This document shows, one piece after another, positions 18,747-26,508 of a DNA stretch of 32,000 nucleotides. A program made the position numbers and the translations under genes. Below the pieces are notes generated by a model, which saw nothing but the letters and a program-made list of their open reading frames with translations, searched no databases and was not told the origin of the DNA. Each line of letters opens with the position of its first letter. Positions within the stretch are counted from its first letter, which is position 1. The DNA lies in assembly GCF_000765475.1 (NCBI RefSeq), contig NZ_JRHO01000014.1, positions 61,574-93,573 of the forward strand, in the 5' to 3' direction. Origin of the DNA: Methanococcoides methylutens. Lineage in GTDB: Archaea > Halobacteriota > Methanosarcinia > Methanosarcinales > Methanosarcinaceae.

Positions 18747-19922
18747 TCACCCATTCAGGAAAGTATCGAGCCTCTTCATTCCCTCTTCAATATTCTCCAA
18801 ACTATTAGCATACGAGAACCTTATATACCCTTGCGCACCATCACCGAAATCAATTCCCGGTGTGACTGCCACGCCTGCTTCATTCAATATTGTACGACTC
18901 ATTTCCAGGGAATCTGTCCCGAACTCACTGGCATCAGCAAGCACATAGAACGCCCCCATTGGTTCGTATCCAACTCTGAAACCGATGTCCTTCAGTCTCT
19001 TCAGCATGTGTTTCCTGCGTTCGTCATATGTGGCCACCATTTCACCAACATGGTCCTGCGGACCACGAAGTGCAGCAATACCTGCCTCCTGCACAAAGCT
19101 GTTGGCACATATGAAGAAGTTCTGCTGGAGCTTTTGCAGCACCCTCATGCAATCAAGAGGTGCGATCATGTATCCAAGACGCCAACCTGTCATACAGTAT
19201 TTCTTGGAAAATCCATTGAGTACAAAGGCATTGTCAGTGTATTCCAGAATGCTGTGGTCTTTTCCACCATAGATAAGACCCTGATAGATCTCATCAGAGA
19301 TTATCGGGATATTGCCTTTATTTTCTGCTATCTCTGCGATTCCCTGCATCTCTCCTGATGACATAACATAGCCCGTTGGGTTTGAAGGGCTGTTGATCAG
19401 GATCGCACTGGTATCAGCATCAAGGTTCTCAGAAACAAGCTCCGGCGTCAGGCCAAATCCATTCTCTTCGGAGGTGTATGCAAAATTTGATTGGCAACCA
19501 AGAGCACTGACGAAGTTGGGATAGCATGCATAATGTGGATTTGACATCAGGACTCCATCACCCTGGTCCAGCAATGCCATGAAGGTTAGCATCAATGCAG
19601 GGCTTGTTCCGGATGTCACAAGGACCTGCTCAGGAACAAGGTCCAGCCCGAAGCGGTTGTTATAATCATCCACGATGGCACTTCTCAGTTCAGGCAGGCC
19701 CAGACTGTGAGTATAGCGGGTATTGCAGGATGCAAGGGATTGGTTTGCTGCCTCACAAATGTGAGGTGCTGTTGGGAAATCAGGCTCGCCTATCTCAAGA
19801 TGGATTATATCCCTGCCGGCTTGTTCCAGCTTCTGGGCACTTTCCAGCACCTCCATGACATAGAAAGGAGGTATGTTCATGGATCTTTCAGATAATGATA
19901 AAGAGGCAGGTGGATGTGACAT
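18747..19922 (-). CDS. Pyridoxal-phosphate-dependent aminotransferase, class I/II (aspartate/aromatic aminotransferase-like)
   Basis: DIIHLEIGEPDFPTP, the NPSNPTG-type motif (INSPSNPTGYV), and the PLP-lysine motif NGFSKKYCMTGWRLGY. The track start at 19952 is a TTG. I prefer the ATG at 19922 (MSHPPASLSLSER...), which has AGGAG ~11 nt upstream. Confidence 0.85.
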   Translation of the reverse strand: MSHPPASLSLSERSMNIPPFYVMEVLESAQKLEQAGRDIIHLEIGEPDFPTAPHICEAANQSLASCNTRYTHSLGLPELRSAIVDDYNNRFGLDLVPEQVLVTSGTSPALMLTFMALLDQGDGVLMSNPHYACYPNFVSALGCQSNFAYTSEENGFGLTPELVSENLDADTSAILINSPSNPTGYVMSSGEMQGIAEIAENKGNIPIISDEIYQGLIYGGKDHSILEYTDNAFVLNGFSKKYCMTGWRLGYMIAPLDCMRVLQKLQQNFFICANSFVQEAGIAALRGPQDHVGEMVATYDERRKHMLKRLKDIGFRVGYEPMGAFYVLADASEFGTDSLEMSRTILNEAGVAVTPGIDFGDGAQGYIRFSYANSLENIEEGMKRLDTFLNG

Positions 19923-20041
19923 TCTTGGTAGCTCCTGATCCTGGGTTTTCAATGTGTATTCTCTTGAGGTTTATGCAAGGATAACTTATAATACATATGA
20001 TAGAAGAAGATATTTCTTAACCAAAAATAAGGGATGATAAT

Positions 20042-20359
20042 ATGACAAAGATAACTGTCGATTCGACAATATGTGGATTTACCCATACGATTACCGGCCA
20101 GTTGGAAGGCGATAAGGTCATCATAGATATCGATACACCATGTGAAAAGATCAAGGAATTTTCCCACATGGAGGTCCCTACAATGGAGATATTCGGGATC
20201 GATGATAACTATGTCATCAGGAAAGCAAAGGATGCAAAATGCAGCTCTACTTGCCTGATCCCTTGTGCAGTACTTCACATGTGCAATCTTGAAGCAGGTT
20301 TCCTTTCAAAGAACCTGGCAGAGAGATCCGGAAGTATCAGTATAATTTTTGAACCGTGA
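20042..20359 (+). CDS. Small Cys-rich hypothetical protein (105 aa)
   Basis: ORF with coding-like composition, divergent from the aminotransferase. It has six Cys, including a CSSTCLIPCAVLHMC cluster (Cx3Cx3Cx5C). I recognise no family with confidence. Confidence 0.5.
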   Translation: MTKITVDSTICGFTHTITGQLEGDKVIIDIDTPCEKIKEFSHMEVPTMEIFGIDDNYVIRKAKDAKCSSTCLIPCAVLHMCNLEAGFLSKNLAERSGSISIIFEP

Positions 20360-20394
20360 AGATCCTCCTGCTCACAAAATAAGAGAATCTTTCA

Positions 20395-21606
20395 TCACTT
20401 ATTGCAATATTCCTTTTCATCAGCAAGACAGGCTTCATATAGCTGTTCACGAAGGTCCGGCATAGCTGAAAGGGCACGGGTCCAATCAGGCATGAGCACA
20501 TCTGAAGGATGTTCAAGGTAATCTTCACCTGATCTCCTGATAACATTTGCGAACATATCAACATATAGCTCTTCTTCATGCCTGTTATAGCACAGACCAT
20601 TGCAAAGGGCATCAGCATGATACCTGCGTATAAGGTCCTGACCGAGGCGCTTGTATTTTACATGGATACCATGCAGGTAAGAAGGTGAAATTATATTATC
20701 CGTGGATTCTGTTGTGATCCTCATAAAGGTCGTGAAGATATCACCGACCATTTTGCATAGACCTTCTGATCTGTTGGAACCTACATCCTGATGCTTATGA
20801 TCATAGTAACCAAGATCAGTCTGGCAGATCTTCTTAGTTGTTGTGTTTCTGTAGACCTCTGCAAGAAGACCGACTTCAAGTCCCCAATCTGCAGGGATCC
20901 GTATGTTCATGGCAAGATCACTTGTCATAGCAAATTCACCTGCAAGAGTATACCTGAAAGCAAGAAGATATCGAAGTATGTCAGCCTTGGAATCCGCCTG
21001 TAAAGTATCGAGCAAAGGACGTACAAAAAGCCTGAAAACACGACCATGCATGGTCTTTGTTTCCATATTTATCCTTGCATAATAGCCTTTATTGAAAAAG
21101 AAGTTCAGTTCCGGTTCCACAATAGGATACAATAACTTTGCCGGGAAATCCTTGGAATAAGTGACAATATCAGCATCATGATAAGCGATAGCATAGGAAT
21201 CAAGGGTGGCGATCCCCGTAGCCAGCCAGACATCTTTCCCTTTACCCTTATAAGAAGTAATATCGATCCCCATCTTTTTCATCGTGAATAAAATGTGCTG
21301 GGCTCTGGGGCCATCACACCATACCACAATGTGAGGAGTTTTCAATTCTTTGAAAAATTCCACCACATGAACATATTCTTCTTCAGTTTCAGCTGCAAGG
21401 GCGATAACGACCTGATTAAGGCAAGTACACTCATTGAGATTGGAAATTATGTTCTTAAGAGGGGGATTGTTAACCTCTTCATACAAGATAGGAATGATGA
21501 GTGATGCAGGTCTGCGAGTTTTAAGTTCATGTATTCTTTTGATAAGCCTTTCTTTATCGATACTAAAATCATGAATTGTCGTAATATATTCTTGGTAAAA
21601 ATCCAT
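20395..21606 (-). CDS. gpgS: Glucosyl-3-phosphoglycerate synthase-like glycosyltransferase (GpgS/MpgS-related GT-A fold)
   Basis: GKGKDVWLATGIA...AYHDADIVTY (DxD-type HDAD) ...FNKGYYARI...GRVFRLFVRPLL...LAGEFAMT...DWGLEVGLL parallels the conserved blocks of characterised GpgS enzymes (GKGEALW...DSDL...GRVTELVARPLL...GGEYA...GYGVEIGLL). It is divergently paired with an MpgP/GpgP-family phosphatase. The sugar donor specificity (glucose versus mannose) cannot be read from the sequence. Confidence 0.7.
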   Translation of the reverse strand: MDFYQEYITTIHDFSIDKERLIKRIHELKTRRPASLIIPILYEEVNNPPLKNIISNLNECTCLNQVVIALAAETEEEYVHVVEFFKELKTPHIVVWCDGPRAQHILFTMKKMGIDITSYKGKGKDVWLATGIATLDSYAIAYHDADIVTYSKDFPAKLLYPIVEPELNFFFNKGYYARINMETKTMHGRVFRLFVRPLLDTLQADSKADILRYLLAFRYTLAGEFAMTSDLAMNIRIPADWGLEVGLLAEVYRNTTTKKICQTDLGYYDHKHQDVGSNRSEGLCKMVGDIFTTFMRITTESTDNIISPSYLHGIHVKYKRLGQDLIRRYHADALCNGLCYNRHEEELYVDMFANVIRRSGEDYLEHPSDVLMPDWTRALSAMPDLREQLYEACLADEKEYCNK

Positions 21607-21844
21607 CTAACTCCCCAGTAGATCTGATAGGCTGCAAAGTGTTCATAGCCCGGAATAAAGACTGGATCGAAATGCATTCCCCCAACTGTAGATGCATCCC
21701 AATATTCCCGTTATGATATGTTGAATATCTATATATAGAACATTTAATATAAGCTTTTATACAGACGGGGAATTCAAAACTGGCATCGGTAGACTAAAAT
21801 ATTTACATGCTGCCAAATATTTTTAAAAACTGCTGGCAGGAGGA

Positions 21845-22672
21845 ATGATCTTGGGGTATATTATATTTACAGATCTTGATGGCACTTTAATAGACCATGA
21901 TACTTATTCTTATGAAGCAGCAAGGCCTGCGCTTAACCTGCTAAAACAAAAAGATGTACCTCTAATTTTCTGTACCAGCAAAACCCGTGCAGAGATCGAA
22001 GTCTATGTTGAGGAACTGGACTGTCGCCATCCCTTCATATCAGAGAATGGAGGAGGCATCTTCATACCGAAAGGATATTTTGATATTGATCTGAAGTTTG
22101 ATCACAGGATCGGGGACTATAATGTCATAGAACTTGGAACCAACTATTCCAATCTAAAAGATGCCCTCGTGGAGATTAGCAAGAGCGCCGGTATTGAGAT
22201 AATCAATTTCGCAAACATGACCACTGAAGAAGTAAGTGAGGATACAGGACTCGATATTCACTCTGCAGGACTTGCAAAGCTACGCGAGTATGACGAGGTC
22301 TTCCGGATAATTGATGAAACTGAAGAAAAAGCCTCCCTGATGATGGAACTTATAAGATCTGCAGGGTACAACCACACCAGAGGTGGCAGATACTGGCATA
22401 TTATCGGGAACAACGATAAAGGCAAAGCTGTCAGGATGCTAAGTGACATCTACAGAAAGCAGTTCACTGATATCACTACAGTAGGTCTGGGCGATAGCCT
22501 GAATGACCTGCCAATGCTGGGATCTGTGGATATACCTGTTCTTGTACAAAAGCCGGGCAGCTTACACGACCCATCAATAACCGATCCGAAAATAAAGCGT
22601 GTAAAGGGTATCGGACCCATAGGGTGGAACAATGCAGTCAGCGAGATAATAGAGAAGGGGTCTGAAATTTAA
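21845..22672 (+). CDS. gpgP: HAD-IIB phosphatase of the mannosyl/glucosyl-3-phosphoglycerate phosphatase family (MpgP/YedP/GpgP)
   Basis: IIFTDLDGTLIDHDTYSYEAARPALNLLKQKDVPLIFCTSKTRAEI...FISENGGGIF...KGKAV...GLGDSLNDLPML closely follows the MpgP/YedP pattern (SDLDGTLL...VPVILCSSKT...ENGA). GGAGGA lies directly upstream of the ATG. Confidence 0.78.
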   Translation: MILGYIIFTDLDGTLIDHDTYSYEAARPALNLLKQKDVPLIFCTSKTRAEIEVYVEELDCRHPFISENGGGIFIPKGYFDIDLKFDHRIGDYNVIELGTNYSNLKDALVEISKSAGIEIINFANMTTEEVSEDTGLDIHSAGLAKLREYDEVFRIIDETEEKASLMMELIRSAGYNHTRGGRYWHIIGNNDKGKAVRMLSDIYRKQFTDITTVGLGDSLNDLPMLGSVDIPVLVQKPGSLHDPSITDPKIKRVKGIGPIGWNNAVSEIIEKGSEI

Positions 22673-22699
22673 TTTTAAGAACATAAAGGGGTACATGGA

Positions 22700-23230
22700 A
22701 TGATACGAATTGAGAATATGATATCAAGAGCCTTTTTGATAGGGATTATCAAGATGGTGGACAAGAATGGGGTCCAGAATGCACTGGAATGGTTACGTGA
22801 GATCGGGGAAGAATTAGCTGAGATCGAAGGACCTGGATTTGAAGGTGCTCGTGAAGATGACATTAACTATTTGCCGGTCTGTCCGTTTTCAAATACTCTC
22901 CTTGATTTTATAGCGATATATGGAGAGAGACCATCACAATTCGTAGAACTTGTAAACCTTTCCAACAAGCAAATGATGGAGGCAGAAGATGGATGGGAAT
23001 ATCCGGCACTGACAACTGTCACAGGCATACTTCATCACAGCTACATTAAAAAACGAGGATTGTTGGCAGGTGTTGAACTTCTTAACGTGGGATCAAGATG
23101 TCCCCGTACCAACAATATAGTCTACAACGAAAAAGCCCTTGAAAAAGCAAATATGACAAAAGAAGATGTGGATAAGTATCTTGAAAAAGCATATTACGTT
23201 TGTAAGATCAATTACCTTAAAAAGGAGTGA
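22700..23230 (+). CDS. Hypothetical protein (176 aa) between gpgP and the GH15-like gene
   Basis: Same strand, starting 27 nt after gpgP. Its stop overlaps the next gene's start (GTGA at 23227-23230). I recognise no family confidently. A weak resemblance to V4R or methanogen regulatory-domain proteins is not enough for a call. Confidence 0.5.
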   Translation: MIRIENMISRAFLIGIIKMVDKNGVQNALEWLREIGEELAEIEGPGFEGAREDDINYLPVCPFSNTLLDFIAIYGERPSQFVELVNLSNKQMMEAEDGWEYPALTTVTGILHHSYIKKRGLLAGVELLNVGSRCPRTNNIVYNEKALEKANMTKEDVDKYLEKAYYVCKINYLKKE

Positions 23231-24459
23231 ATTCTTTGAACCTGATCGAAGCTGAAAAACTCTACGAGAACAGCGTAAAGATCCTGAAGAACAACCAGCA
23301 TGAAAAAGGAGGATTTTATGCAAGTCCGCCAGGAACACGATATCCTTTTATCTACCCTCGAGACCACTCGGTGGCAATACTTGGCTGCATTGATGCCGAA
23401 ATGCTGGACGAGGCCAGAAGGGGTCTTGAATTTGTCCTGAACTCCCAAAAGCCCCTGGGAGAATTTTCCCAGAGATATGATGTTGACGGAAATGACGCCA
23501 GCTACAAGGACCTGCAGATCGATGGGAACGGACTGGTCCTTTTTGCAATGGGAAAATATTTCGAAGCAACGGGCGGACTCTTCTTTGAATCGATGGCCGA
23601 CAGGACTTTTGTGGAAAAGCACTGGGAAACTGTCAAGAAAGCCGTTGAGTTCATACTGATGAACAAGAACGAAGAGGTCGACCTGATCCATACCGTGAAC
23701 AGCATCCACGAATATCCCGCCTACGAGCATGGTTTTGAGATCTATGCCAACTCTGCCTGTTGTGCAGGGATCCTCGCAGCAGTAAAAATGGGAGAAGCTC
23801 TTGGTGAAGATGTCGCCAACTGGAAAGCTGAGGCTGAAAAGATAAGGGAAGCCATTCTTACACGGATGTATAGCCCGCGTAGGCGCTCATTTATCAAATG
23901 TATCCGTGTAAAAGAGAAAAGCAGCAACCCTATCGGATATGATGCATTCGCCTCAAGCGTCATCGATGTGGATGTTGTGGAATACGCACCTGCATATTTT
24001 GAGCTCATCGATCACCATGACATAAAGAATCGTTATACTGTCAGGAGGATACATGATAGGCTCTGGGACAAAGAGATCGGAGGCTTGAACCGCTATCCGG
24101 AAATGTGGGACAGGAATAACGGAGGATATGGCCCATGGTGCCACTTCACCTGCCAGCTTGCAAACCATTATATTGCTATTGATGACCAGGATATGGCAGA
24201 GATGTATATGGGCTGGGTAGTGGATATGGCACACAACTACCTCCTGCCTGAACATATCTCAACAATTGAAAGGTTTGAGATATGGCATGAAGACTATACC
24301 AACGCAAAGATCCTCAGGGATAGTAAACTCACCATGATCGAGAAAGTGCGTAACCATCCAAAATGGAAAGACGGGATGGCATACGTAACGATACCCCTGA
24401 TATGGCCTCATGCAGAGTATATCAGGACTTACAAGAGCTATATTGAGAAGTTTGGATAA
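23227..24459 (+). CDS. Glycoside hydrolase family 15-like protein (glucoamylase/trehalase-related (alpha/alpha)6 barrel)
   Basis: GH15-like blocks: YPFIYPRDHSVA (YxxxWxRD region), DLQIDGNGLVLFAM (QxDxxG region), GGLNRYPEMWDR, and the C-terminal PLIWPHAEYI (the LxWSHAE motif of GH15). The GTG start is coupled to the upstream ORF; a TTG at 23236 is an alternative start. Confidence 0.72.
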   Translation: MNSLNLIEAEKLYENSVKILKNNQHEKGGFYASPPGTRYPFIYPRDHSVAILGCIDAEMLDEARRGLEFVLNSQKPLGEFSQRYDVDGNDASYKDLQIDGNGLVLFAMGKYFEATGGLFFESMADRTFVEKHWETVKKAVEFILMNKNEEVDLIHTVNSIHEYPAYEHGFEIYANSACCAGILAAVKMGEALGEDVANWKAEAEKIREAILTRMYSPRRRSFIKCIRVKEKSSNPIGYDAFASSVIDVDVVEYAPAYFELIDHHDIKNRYTVRRIHDRLWDKEIGGLNRYPEMWDRNNGGYGPWCHFTCQLANHYIAIDDQDMAEMYMGWVVDMAHNYLLPEHISTIERFEIWHEDYTNAKILRDSKLTMIEKVRNHPKWKDGMAYVTIPLIWPHAEYIRTYKSYIEKFG

Positions 24460-24601
24460 GAGAGGAACATTCCTTTATTCGAGAAATCGTTCTTTTTAAA
24501 AGCAAAAATGAGTGCAGGTATCATGTTCCTACTATTACAGGATGTCTGCACTTGTTTATAATAATCGCTTATTTTTACCCCGAATAAACAACAAGAGCAG
24601 A

Positions 24602-25372
24602 TCAGAGCGGGAGACAGACCTTCCTTTGTACGGAACTAACATGATCGATAGCAACATCGATCCCATATGCAAGTGTCATGTTCTCTTTTGTTATTACTTC
24701 TTCAGCAGTCCCCTGAGCTATGAAATTATTCTCAAGCATTATGGCAACATTTTTTGAACCTATAAAAGCATGATCCGGGAAATGTGTGCTCATTATTACA
24801 GAAGTCCCCTGAGAAGAAAGTTTGTCAATAAGGTTCAAAACACGTACCTGGTTCCCAAAATCCAGATGGGATGTCGGTTCATCCAGGAGCAATATTTCCG
24901 GTTCCTGAGCCAGTGCCCTTGCGATCAAAGCCAGTTGCTTTTCACCACCACTTATTTCTGTGACAGAACTATCCATCAGATGAGAAATGCCTACTTTAAC
25001 GATGGCATTTTCCGCGATCTTAAGATCCTTTTCGCCCGGAGAGGAGAAAAAAGGAAGATGCGGTGCTCTGCCAAGCATTACAAAATCCAGAATGGAAAAG
25101 GGAAATACCGACTGATCTGCCTGTGGGACATAGCCTATCTTTTTAGCTATCTCTGTTCTGCTCATCGAAGAGACATCCCTGCCGTCAATATATGCATTCC
25201 CATTACTCAAATTCAGCACGTTGCCAAGGCATTTGATCAGGGTTGATTTACCTATCCCGTTCGGACCAAGTATGCATAAGGTTTCACCTTTATTTAAAGA
25301 AAAAGATATGTTCTCAAATACATTCTTCTTCCCGTCATACGAATATGAAGCATTGTTCACTCTTAAGATCAT
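24602..25372 (-). CDS. ABC transporter ATP-binding protein, iron-siderophore/cobalamin (FecE/BtuD) type
   Basis: Walker A GPNGIGKST, signature ISGGEKQ, Walker B ILLLDEPTSHLD. The ATG at 25372 overlaps the permease stop (ATGA at 25372-25369); the track start at 25378 is a TTG. Confidence 0.9.
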   Translation of the reverse strand: MILRVNNASYSYDGKKNVFENISFSLNKGETLCILGPNGIGKSTLIKCLGNVLNLSNGNAYIDGRDVSSMSRTEIAKKIGYVPQADQSVFPFSILDFVMLGRAPHLPFFSSPGEKDLKIAENAIVKVGISHLMDSSVTEISGGEKQLALIARALAQEPEILLLDEPTSHLDFGNQVRVLNLIDKLSSQGTSVIMSTHFPDHAFIGSKNVAIMLENNFIAQGTAEEVITKENMTLAYGIDVAIDHVSSVQRKVCLPL

Positions 25373-26478
25373 GACCAACCAACCTTCTTTCTTTGTAAAA
25401 GATAAGCAAAAAACGGAGCTCCTATTAGTGCCGTAAGAACTCCCAGGGGAATCTCTATACTCATTAAACTCCTTGCCAGATCGTCCACCACCAAAAGGAA
25501 GGATGCACCAAGGAAAATTGACATTGGCAAAAGCTTTTTGTGCTCAGGCCCGACGATCATTCTTGCAATATGAGGCACAACAAGACCAACCCATCCAATG
25601 ATCCCGCTTATACTGACTGCGGAAGTGGTGATCAGAGTAGCACAAATTACAACCAATATTGTCATTTTCCGGGTATCTATTCCCAATGATTTTGCCTCGT
25701 CCTCTCCTAAAGAAAGTATATTGATGCGCCATCCGATTAGAACTAAGATAAGCATAGAGACCAGCATCCCGGGTGCTACATAGACAAGATCATCAAACCG
25801 GACAGAGGACAGGCTTCCCATAAGCCAGAATACCATCTCAGGAAGCTTGTCGTATGGATCTGCAACATATTTTACCAGGGATGTCAAAGCAGTGAAAACC
25901 GCACCTACAATAATACCTGAAAGCACCAGGACCAATGTAACCGTTGCCCTGCAGAATCTGCTCAGACCGTAGGACAGAAAAGCTGCAGATAAACCAAAAG
26001 AAAACGCCATTAATTGGATCATGATTATGTTCTCACTTATCAGGATACCAAAACAAGCGCCAAACCCGGCACCTGCTGCCACACCCAGAATATGGGGAGA
26101 AACCAGCGGATTGCGGAAAAGCCCCTGGAAAGAAGCTCCAGATACTGATAATCCAGCACCTACCAGCATGGCGGCAATGATCCTTGGAAGACGGACCTGA
26201 AATATTACAGTATCCACATTTGAAGAGCTTGCAGGATCCACCGACACAAAAAGCGAAACGATCAGGGATACCAAATGGGAAACAAGGCTGCTCATTATAG
26301 TAAGCGGAGGAATCGAATACCTCCCAATGAAAAAGGAGAATCCAAAAAGAAAGACCATAAGGAAAAATACAAGGAGAATCTGATTATTACTACCAGACAG
26401 CCTGTGAATGATCCACCATAACCTTGAACTTTTTTTTATTCCAGTATCAGACACCATATCAAACCCATATCCTAACAT
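25369..26478 (-). CDS. ABC transporter permease, FecCD/BtuC family
   Basis: A polytopic hydrophobic protein with FecCD-family blocks: RLPRIIAAMLVGAGLSVSGASFQGLFRNPLVSPHILGV, LSLGEDEAKSLGI, GIIGWVGLVVPHIARMIVG, and GVLTALIGAPFFAYLL. Confidence 0.9.
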   Translation of the reverse strand: MLGYGFDMVSDTGIKKSSRLWWIIHRLSGSNNQILLVFFLMVFLFGFSFFIGRYSIPPLTIMSSLVSHLVSLIVSLFVSVDPASSSNVDTVIFQVRLPRIIAAMLVGAGLSVSGASFQGLFRNPLVSPHILGVAAGAGFGACFGILISENIIMIQLMAFSFGLSAAFLSYGLSRFCRATVTLVLVLSGIIVGAVFTALTSLVKYVADPYDKLPEMVFWLMGSLSSVRFDDLVYVAPGMLVSMLILVLIGWRINILSLGEDEAKSLGIDTRKMTILVVICATLITTSAVSISGIIGWVGLVVPHIARMIVGPEHKKLLPMSIFLGASFLLVVDDLARSLMSIEIPLGVLTALIGAPFFAYLLQRKKVGWS

Positions 26479-26508
26479 GCATACATGATAATTTTGTTGA
26501 ATCAGTTA

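Noticed and set aside
18831-19358. Long ORFs antisense to, or out of frame with, well-supported genes. Examples: 1185..1694(-), 7309..7776(-), 10234..10674(-), 12714..13088(-), 18831..19358(+), 23212..23730(-), 24770..25246(+), 29492..29962(+), 31038..31355(+).
   Set aside because: Each lies entirely within a gene whose product has clear family motifs on the other strand or frame. Their translations are low-complexity or Cys/Arg/Ser-rich with no recognisable motifs, which is typical of shadow ORFs.
21810-21839. Inverted repeat CTGCCA...TGGCAG just upstream of the gpgP ribosome-binding site, and the palindromic CTATATATAG near 21729, considered as osmoregulatory operators or a 5'-UTR switch
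   Set aside because: The stems are only 6 bp with an 18-nt AT-rich loop, and the TATATA palindrome is expected for TATA boxes in a divergent promoter. This is insufficient to claim a regulatory element.
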